In this document: in pieces, positions 46,831 to 56,353 of the stretch
How positions within the stretch are numbered: position 1 is the first letter of the stretch
Layout: every line of letters begins with the position of its first letter
Assembly (NCBI GenBank): GCA_009103225.1
Contig: RHPI01002699.1
Span: 1 to 56,353 of the forward strand
From: Chlorokybus atmophyticus
Lineage: Eukaryota; Plantae; Mesostigma and Chlorokybus algae
Length of the DNA stretch: 56,353 bases
Reading direction: 5' to 3'
Notes under the pieces: model-generated
Database searches by the model: none
What the model saw: the letters and a program-made list of their open reading frames with translations, nothing else
Told to the model about the DNA's origin: nothing
Translations under genes and position numbers: made by a program

Positions 46831-49124
46831 ATGGCTCGCCACCTGGCGGCAGCGGCGAAGGGGGTGTTGGCGCTGGGCGCAGCTGGGCGCCGGCAAGTGC
46901 ATTCTGCCTCCTCCCACATGAAGCTCGATCTCTATCAGGTGCTGGGGCTCAAACCCGGGTGCCCGCAGGAGCACGTCAAGCCCGCCTTCTACCAGGTGCG
47001 TTTGCTTACGCATGTACGCCAGTTGGACTGTGACTGCTTGTGTTAAAGCCATCAAAGTGGGAGGCTGAAAGCTTGCTGCATTCTGCATGCTATATGCTGT
47101 GTGGTTGACAGCAACCCAGCTTGAAACTCTGTTTCATGTGAGTCAGATGGCCAAGAGGCTTCACCCTGACAGTGCCGGTGGGTCAGGCGAGAGCGCAGCA
47201 GCGTTTGTAGCGCTCGTTGCGGCCTACGAGGTACTGCCTTGTGTGGATTCGCTGTAGACCTACGTGTTACCTATAACTGCAACATGTCACTTGCCGCAGT
47301 TTCAAGCGTTGATTCTGCAAGTTGGCATGTGATTTTTGGCTGTCTGGTGGCACTACTGGTAGGTGTATGGTAGCTCTTTCACCGGCTGATGATGGTCGCG
47401 GCTGTTGCATGCATTGGGGGACCGCACTTTCAGGTTCTTGGCGATCCTCACAGGCGCAAGCGCTATGACGCCAATTACAAGCCTGCCATGCATAACGACA
47501 CTCCTCACTTCCATCAGCGAACTGCAGGGTAAGGCCCATGCACGCTTCCACACGTGCACTATGTCGCCAACAGCCATGCTTACAACAGCTGCAGCAGACT
47601 GAGAACAGCCTTGCACACGCTCACGTGTTTGGCAATTTGCTGCCAATGTTCAGCTATTTAAAAGAAGAGCATGCCATGTTTGCACCAGCAGGTGATCTTG
47701 CTGTGTATGCGTGCAGGACAACGGCAGCGGGTTCAACCGCGTCACATTCTGCAGATGCCTCGGACATTCCCCGCTATGAGAGCAGCGCGGGCAGCGACTT
47801 CTCTTCCGAACTGGATGCTGCCACAGCGAGTTGGCTGAGCCGCTACTCTACTGTAGCAGCATGGGTTTACCGCCACAGCGGCGTTGAGATTAAGATGACA
47901 AAGGAGTTCTATCACGCATTGCGACTTGCCTACGCTGGCCCTGAGGTCAGTTCTGTTTCTGAACACGACATAAACAGTGTTGTTTGATGCTTTCTTGTCT
48001 GCAGCTTCAAGTTAGAGAGAGCTTTCCACAGTACTTTGAGGCGGATGAACGCACCACGCAAGACTGCGATCACGTGCTTCAGATGGTGCGCGGGAGGGAT
48101 TTGCTTGGATATGTGAGATTGGAGCCGGATGTGGATTGCCTGTCAGCAAACCTGAAGACCCTCCCTGCATCGCGCTGGCATGATTGCAACGCACGTATGG
48201 ACGCATATGAGGAGGATTGTGAGCCATCCTCGTCGAGAAGAGAGTCTCATAAGCATGCGTCCTCGTCGCATGGTGATGAGGACTGGCATGAGTCATGTGA
48301 AGCAAACTTCTGCACATTGCAATTGGTCTGCGATGATGAAGTTATTGCGGTGTCAAGGCGAAAGCGCAGGAGGCATGCGAGAAATGGCTGGGAGGACTGC
48401 ATAAGTGTACTCGCACGGGATGTAGATACTGATGGCGATGCGTTTACCGAGGTTGCAACAGTAGTCGGCCCTTACCTCAATCGACAAAGTGGTGCACTTT
48501 CGCAAAGAAGTGTGTTCACTGCAAACGGCCGCATGACACATTCATTGCACGAGTTCACGACCCCTTTTGTAAGTATCTTGACACAGCTTGCGTGGCTCCC
48601 TGTGCAATGGCGTTTCTTAAGATGTGCTGCTACCAGGTGCGGCATATGCATTGGATGCGCATGTTGAGCAACGGCAAGGCTGCCTGCGAGTGCAGCTCCC
48701 AGCGCGCGAAGCTTCCACCTGCGCGGTATACCTGCGATGCACATGCTTGTGCTTGGTTGTATTGTAAGCAGAGGCCAATGAATGCTTTGCGTGGTCTGGC
48801 ATGTTGGTAAGTGTGCAATACCTTGATACTTTTGTGTTGGGAAGGTTGTGGCTGTTTGCCCCGCGGGAAGCTTCGCACAACGGGGGCGGTTGGTACTTTG
48901 AGCGCTACTCTTCGCAGGATTACGTGCGGCACCGCACGCCTTTTGCCAAGGCCATACCTATCGATTACACCAAGCCTTTCAGAGCCGACGCTGGCTCCCT
49001 TCATCCTGCGGCGTACGTGCTGGCGGCGGCATACAGCACACTTGATGCTGAAGCCGCGTGTCAACCTTCTGGTTTGCGCAGTGCTCTGGAGTGGGCGCAG
49101 AAGGCGTTTTGGCACAGACAATGA
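46831..49124 (+). CDS. J-domain (DnaJ-like) protein with predicted organelle-targeting N-terminus and plant-type C-terminal region
   Basis: MARHLAAAAKGVLALG..., DLYQVLGL...VKPAFYQ|MAKRLHPD...VAAYE|VLGDPHRRKRYD. Downstream HALRLAYAGP...FEADER, WLFAPR...GGWYFE, HPAAYVLAAAYSTLD. Confidence 0.85.
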
Positions 49125-49759
49125 TGTAAAGCACTGTTGCATGGCAGCTTTTACCTAGCGGTTTTTCTGCAGGGTTAGCGCAAGAATAATAATTCGTACT
49201 ATACCTGGCTGCCCGGTTAGGTTGTTGTACTTCATCATGGCGGCTGGCGTTCCGCATTGCAAGTCGAATGTGCGATACACCATGTGTAATGTTGTCACTT
49301 GCAGATGTGAAATCCACCATTGAATGTACACACGTGCATGATATCTCCACAGTGTCACGCTAGTCCCCACGCGATGATGCATACAAGCATAAAAGCATAC
49401 AAGGTCGTGTCGGTCCAGCACAGTTCAGTCTATGGTTCAAGGTCGTTGTGCCAAGCAAAATGCGACCGTAGCAACGCGTGTCACCGTGCAAATACATAAC
49501 ATGCAGGATAATTCATTGTAAATAGTAGCCCAAGTTCTCACTCGAGCTGCACGTGACAGAGAGCATGTCCAGTGTACTAGCACCCACTCATTGGCGGTTA
49601 CTGCGCATACAGTCATGTCCTAGACTTATCAGCTACGCACTTAACTCGCAATGGCTCCTACGTTGATGAGAACTGCATAAGAACCTAAAGATAAAGGGCC
49701 TTCTAAAGTGGGCCATCCGCTGCACAGATGTTTCTTGTGGCCCCCAAGTTGATGTGGGT

Positions 49760-52700
49760 TCATACCCAAGCCGCGGTTGCCGCCACCTTCTCAGCTTTGC
49801 CGTCACGTTGATGCACTTTGCGCAGACAAAGCACACGCAAATAGCGCACGCACCCACGCATTCCCACGCGCTGAAGTATTTCGCCAAATTCCAATTCAAG
49901 CCACAATCTTGTCTTGTGAATGCTTGCCTGTACAGTGTTGTCCTTCAAACACAGCCCGACTCTCACAGGTCCAGAGTGTAACTATTATCATGGCCAGCCA
50001 CAACCATGGTCTGCTTCATACCAACCACCAACACAACAGCCAAGGTCAAGCACATGAGCGGTTCCAGTGTGCAAACACATGGCATGCGCGCATGCGGGCG
50101 CGTCCGTGCGCTGGCATAGCCTGCTGAGTCTGGATTGCAAAAAGTCCCTATCCAAGCCACACTGCTTTGTGTGAGTCACTGTCCCCATTACATTGCTCTC
50201 CGCATCCCAACAGTAACGGGTGATAGGGTAATCTCTGTCAAGGATATCAAAAGCCACAATCATGGCCGGGTCTTCACACCTACCCATCAGCACAGCCGCA
50301 ACAATCTAGGGGCCCAGCACACAAGCACTGCCTGTGTGGGTGACCTGGAGACAAGTCGCGCACGACGCGTGTCCAGCTTCATGAATCATGAATGCGCGTT
50401 CAACGAGGAGCCTCTACATTCATCTGAATGGAGGCAATGCGCTCCACCACTACTAGAATGAACTACACTGTCGAGCTAACTACGCTCTATGACAAACCTT
50501 ATAATGCTATATAACACCAAAGCTATCCCCTGCAACCCTACCCTTCCTTCTAGCTGACAGGTGGCTGAGGGAGCCAACACTTGTCATAAACAACACATTA
50601 GCAACAGCGTGAACGTACGCGTGCATTGATGTGTGTGTCCCTAGTTGGGTTGTTGTGAACTACTACTGTAGGTCGGCGAGCGTGTCCAGGACGAGGACGA
50701 AAGCGTTGTGCGTGTTGAGCGTGATGCGTCGGTGGTCGAGGGCGGTGGAGCGGTGGTCGCTGCGCCAGTGAGCTGGAGTGGCCACTGCCGCGCACGCCGA
50801 TGCGGGAAGGGCCTCCTCTACAGCCACCACAGGGACCGTGTACAGCCACCTGATGACACATGGTGAGCTACAGTTACAACCGTGCCTGATGGGCGCTCTG
50901 TGCATGTATGCGTACATGTGTGCATGCGCGCGCACTCTACGCGTGCGTGCGCCCTGTGCATTTGTGTGCGAGCGTGCAAGTGCAATTGCGCATGAGCCTG
51001 TGCCTGTGCCTGTGCGCATGTGTATGCGAGGGGGCGTGCACGCGCCATACTTGCAGTCAAAACCTTTCAGATCAGTCTTGAATACCCACGGTTCTGCTGT
51101 GATTGCTGCTCATATTGCACAACACAGATGCTATTCTGGAAGTATAGCGTGCATGTATACACGAGTACACATGCGCATGCGCAAGGCCCTGAGCATAGGC
51201 GGAGATGTGTTCAACTTGTGCACGCTGTGCATCCGCTGGCTGAAGTCCCCACGTAGCATACACAGCCGTGATGACCAAACAGCATGCAACACTGCCTTAC
51301 CAACGTAGTTGCACAAGCTATACAATGCAGCACGTACGCGTAAAACATGCAGTATGGCACAGGACGCATAGAAGTGTGCATGCAGATGAAGTGTGCACGC
51401 ATGTTGATGCAGCAGGGGAAAGCACCTGTGTTTGGATGTTCGTGCGTTGAAGAGGAGGCGCACAAGAGCGATATCGAGGGACTCGCCGGTGTCGCTCTCG
51501 GGCGTATGCGAGCGAACCGGGGCGGACACGTCCCCCGCCGCTGTGGCGACCAGCCAGTCAGCGTGCGAGAAGCAACCCGCGAAGCCCAACAAGTTCCTGC
51601 GAACACGAACACATGAGCTGGTATTGATGGCCTGCATCCACACATACATACGCGCACACACGCACATGCATGCATATATGCAGGTGGCTTGCATAACAAG
51701 CAAGACACATACAGGCCAGGCTGGTAGGCAGCAAATGCATGGAGCATGTACATCGATATGATTGTTGCCCGTGATCACCCAACAGTTCCACCACCACCAC
51801 CACATGCAAATTCCAAAAACATGCGGCATGTGGTGGGCGGGAGGGGGAGAGGGGGGGGCGGGGGGGGCACACACACTACACGCGCGCATGCATGTCGACA
51901 TTGTCAGGACGGTTCACTTTCGCTCTCTCCCTCTCCCTCCACCTCTGTCGTGGTTGAAGATACACACGCGCACATGTGCGCACGCACATGCAGGTGCTTA
52001 ACGTATCAAGCAACCCACATGCAGACGAAGCTGATAGGCCGTCTGTGCGTAACTACAAATATGGAGCAATTACAGGGGGGGAAATCTCTATACGTATCTT
52101 TCCCACCCCCACCCCACCCATCCACCCCACACACGCGCGCACGCGGACACAAAAGCACACAAACACAAACAGTAACCAACATGCTGCACGTGGGGGGCAT
52201 GTGCGCCCACAAGCCACACATGCGTGCGCAAGCACCGGTGTGTGCGCGTGGTCACACTTTTGCACGCCAGCATGTGTACACGCGCAATCCAAGGACTCTC
52301 CCTCTCCCTCTCCCTCTCTCCCCGCCCCTCCCCTCCTCCGCTCTCTGACACATACCCACACGCATTGAGTGTAGCCCAGACTCGCACTCTTTCTCCCACG
52401 CACTGGTGCCTTCCCCGCATGCACATGCGTGCGTGCATGAGCCACCTCACCTGACATTTTGCGGTGCCATGTCGTTGAGTAGCAGTCTCAGCGTGCACTG
52501 CGAGGTAGCTTTATTCCACACGAGCAGCTTCTCCGCGGTCAACACCGCCACCGACGACGGCAGTAGCTCAAAGCCCGTGAGATCATCAAAATCCGGGTGC
52601 CTTCTCAACTCCTCGCTATGGACGTTGAGGACCACACGCTGCTGGGCCGTGTGGTACACCTGCAGGTTGCCGGAGGTGGGGTTCTGTCTCAGGAGACCGA

Positions 52701-53555
52701 AGTGAGCGTCGATGTCGTCGGTGGTGTCGGTGGTGATGAGGGCGCCCGAGCATTTGAACACGGCCGTGTCGTCGTAAGCGTCCATAGGGAGCCAGTCCTT
52801 CTCGGTTAGGCCGAGCATGTCCGGAAGACTGACCACACGGAAACGGTGCTCGCACCACCTGAAAAGGTGACCACGTTAGATGCTTCATGAGACTCTGCCT
52901 GTGCACCTGTGACACGCACGCATACAAACACGCACACACGCGCGCTCATGCACTCCCACGAGCGTTCATATGCTTGCAAGACCTAGAAACACGGAAACAC
53001 GTAGACAGCGCGCGGGTTGCCATGTAAGACAACGGACGACATCAAGGCAAGAATATGCAAACAATGACTTTTGGTGATAGACATGATTGAGTCGACATGT
53101 TGTACTAGATATGCCAAACAACCGCATTCCCCAGCTCTGTCTCTATAAACGGGACTGCTCTAGAAACAGTGGAAGTACTCTCGCCAATGAGTGTTTGCAG
53201 GTGTACTTTGTGCAGCAGACCGCCAGCATGAAGCCCCACCCATGGCCCATGCTATCGGGGTGGATGCAAACGTGCGGCGCTTCTGGACTGACACTGTGGA
53301 TGTACGTACGCGCGCATGCATGGACACAAGTGCACGCATACACGTGGTCACAGTGACCCCGAGGCTTCCACGGACCTTCCGGTGGCGTCGAGTCCTTCGT
53401 CTTTGTAGAGCAGTGCGTGCGTGGCGTTGGCGGCCAGGAGTCGGTTGCTTGGCGGGAGCGTCACATTCTGGCCCGGGCCGCCCCACACGCGCGCGCGGGT
53501 GTCGAGGTCCCACAGCTGCAGCTCACCGGGGGCGTTCTGCGCATGACACAACAGG

Positions 53556-53641
<86 letters not shown>

Positions 53642-55838
53642 CCTGGNCAAGGAATGCACGCCACGTGCATGGCCATCAGGTTAATGATGCATCTGATAGG
53701 GAGATTCAACTCCTCCTTGCTAACGGATCGCATGTTTAGGCCGGACGCAACTTTCCTCGGATGTAAGTATTGCGCACGCAGGCACGAAGCAGGGGGTGTA
53801 ATGCGGCGGAGGACCTAATTGTATCAATTGCCAAACAAATCCCTAATGCGCTTGAAGCTGCTTCGCGCCCGGGCATGGAGGGAGCCCTCCTTCCCCCTCT
53901 ACCCCTTTTCATCCCCCCGTCGCTTCAATCTTATAGGGTATTTGGCCCTGGAGGGCCACCCTCCTCCTGTGTGCGGCACAGGACAGTGTACGACCAAAGT
54001 TGGACCCGTCCCCACAGGTTGGTTCAAGTTGTGCGAGTTGCCGGAAGGTGAAAGGTTGATTGGTCTACCGGAGGCCAATTACTACTCCCGGTGGTGGAGT
54101 TGCACGCGAGCAAGAGCAAGACCGACTCAATAAAACCAGAAGATACCCACCAATGCTTCTTCGGTAGCTACGAGCACTCCCCCCGCAAAATGTCCAAAGA
54201 GTGCGCCGCTGCTGGGCGCGGGGCTGACGAGGGCCATGTCGATGCACTCGCAGGCATCGGCGTCCCCCTGGGCGTTCCACACATGAAGCCACCACCTGAT
54301 GGAGCCTGAGACCCCTGCATCATCAACGGAGGCGGATGGAACTATGTCGGTACGGGCGCCCATGAGCGTGACGATGCGGTGACCAAAGACCCTCGCGGCG
54401 TAGACGTCGGAGCCCGTCACATGTGCTTGGGGGTTTGTGGATATGAATGTGGGTGTAGGTGTGGGTGTGGTTGTCGGTGGTGTGGTGGGCGGGGGTCCGC
54501 AGGCGGGTGTCCACACATGGCGGCGCACGCTTACGTGAGGCTGCGGCCACCTGAGTAACCGCACGTACACCTTCTTCCAGGCGCTCTCGCTCACGGTTAA
54601 GAGAGGGAGCTCGTCGGCCGTGGCGAGGCCCTCGCGAACGCAGAAGCGCTTCCACAACACCGACTGCTCCGCCACAGCCTTCCACGCCCTGCAAAGTAAG
54701 CACCGCTGCGTCAAGCAATCAACAGTAGACTCCACTCTCTCTGCTTGCGTGCAGTGCAGTCATTGAGGAGTTAGTGAAGTGATGCCTCAGCAATCGTGTG
54801 GTGTTTTGCAGCCCAAACTCCGTCCCATTCCACTACAAAGCCACAAAACCGTGCCACGTAGGTCACCGGGCAGGTACAGGGGAGTAGCCCTCGCACATAC
54901 ACCCCTCAGGGGGCTCCCCAGCCCACCACCCTACCCCAACCCCCCACCCCGCCGGCGCGCGCACGCACACACAACTACAGAGAGGGGGAGCGCCACCCCC
55001 TGACGTTCCCGCACGCAGAGAGGGGGAGAGCNNNNNNNNNNNNNNNNNNNNNNNNNNNNNNNNNNNNNNNNNNNNNNNNNNNNNNNNNNNNNNNNNNNNN
55101 NNNNNNNNNNNNNNNNNNNNNNNNNNNNNNNNNNNNNNNNNNNNNNNNNNNNNNNNNNNNNNNNNNNNNNNNNNNNNNNNNNNNNNNNNNNNNNNNNNNN
55201 NNNNNNNNNNNNNNNNNNNNNNNNNNNNNNNNNNNNNNNNNNNNNNNNNNNNNNNNNNNNNNNNNNNNNNNNNNNNNNNNNNNNNNNNNNNNNNNNNNNN
55301 NNNNNNNNNNNNNNNNNNNNNNNNNNNNNNNNNNNNNNNNNNNNNNNNNNNNNNNNNNNNNNNNNNNNNNNNNNNNNNNNNNNNNNNNNNNNNNNNNNNN
55401 NNNNNNNNNNNNNNNNNNNNNNNNNNNNNNNNNNNNNNNNNNNNNNNNNNNNNNNNNNNNNCCCCCCCCCCAAATAACTGCACCCAAGGGAGGGGGGGCG
55501 AGGGCTGTGTACAGCAGGGCTAGGAAGTCGTGAGCCCCATTATGCACACATAAGGTGACAAGCTACAGCAGCGCAGAGAGTTTGAGCGAGCAAGCGCCGA
55601 GACCATGACAGATGGCTGCACCGTCTGCCAAGTACGCGGGGTGCGCAGACACGCATGAAGTAACTCGACTGTCCTTACTCAATTGCCTCAAGTTTCGACA
55701 GTCTCTGAGGCTTACTTGCAGACGCATGCGGCCCGCGCGACGGCATTGGGACCCGCAGATAACAAGACGCGCAGGAGGCAGTCCTCGGGAAGAGCTGCCC
55801 AGTTATGCACACCGCGCGGTGAAGCCTCCGGTGTTGTC
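49760..55838 (-). CDS. F-box protein with a divergent beta-propeller-like C-terminal region; both ends uncertain
   Basis: Exon 55716-55838 (NWAALPEDCLLRVLLSAGPNAVARAACVCK) splices in phase to the exon starting at 54688 (AWKAVAEQSVLWKRFC). Later exons include LQLWDLDTR and KLLVWNKATSQCTLRL. Introns are CA/TG-rich. Confidence 0.7.
53559..53638 (+). repeat. (AG)40 microsatellite, intronic
   Basis: Perfect dinucleotide run, with a single N at 53647. Confidence 0.97.
55032..55461. other. Assembly gap (N) in an F-box intron
   Basis: Run of N flanked by G/C-rich tracts. Confidence 0.99.
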
Positions 55839-56353
55839 CTGGTGAATATAAACACACAAGCATACAGTTAGTAGCGGTTGTCCAAGGCACCTATGTCATG
55901 CAAGGTGAGGGACGGTCAGATGGATTCCATCTGACTGTGTGACTAGCGGGTGTAGCCTTGCACGAGTCGCAAATGCTTTAAGACTAGGCATGTGAACTTG
56001 CAAAGCACCAATGCAAACACACCGCTCTGTAAGTCTTGCGGTTGGCTCATCGTGCATTCACCGGCACTACGAACGGTCCGTACAAATGTTCACTGTCTGA
56101 CTGTGCAACTTCAAGTTGACAACAACGGGGGTCAAGCGCAGCTGTTTGCAGAACACGCACAATATGTATGATGAGAGAGACTCGGCAATCCATAGCAGGG
56201 GAGATGCAGTGCAACAATGTCTGTCAACCGCTATGTTTGCAACCTGCATGGGTGTAATGGCCAAGGTGTAGAAATGTCAACTCAGTCTTCCAACCTTCAA
56301 CATGGCAAAGAACCGAACTAACATGGTGTTTGTGGTGGTGGGTGGGGGGGAGA

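Noticed and set aside
50598-52500. Many overlapping His/Thr/Cys/Val-rich ORFs
   Set aside because: They are translations of CA/TG-rich low-complexity introns of the F-box gene.
53191-53818. ERERER / LSLSLS repeat proteins
   Set aside because: They are translations of the (AG)40 microsatellite.
1-56353. rRNA, tRNA or other structured RNA genes
   Set aside because: No cloverleaf, A/B-box pair or rRNA signature recognised by eye; tRNAscan-SE or Infernal would be needed to exclude them.

Overview
Left end of a eukaryotic chromosome with (CCCTAA)n telomeres. The gene content (GUB_WAK and PDF1-like domains, AUG5, GolS-like GT8, DUF659 hAT) points to the green lineage, probably a streptophyte alga (inference). 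The telomere directly caps a truncated Ty3/Gypsy chromovirus. Next is an intron-rich secreted chimera: a bacterial-type S8 subtilase with a DEGRAM motif where the catalytic His is expected, fused to a WAK galacturonan-binding domain and a PDF1-like domain. A transposon cluster fills about 13.7-34 kb: a Plavaka/CACTA-like transposase pseudogene; a ~9.6-kb unit bounded by 124-bp inverted repeats that carries a decayed Tudor plus phage-type C5 DNA methyltransferase gene and an orphan gene, with an intact hAT element nested inside (perfect 8-bp TSD); and a CRE-like non-LTR remnant. Further in are an Mx-like dynamin, a GT8 pseudogene, AUG5/HAUS5, a J-domain gene and an F-box gene. No rRNA, tRNA or CRISPR is seen. 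All family assignments are manual motif recognition, with no database searches. Three N gaps and two single-N joins limit certainty.
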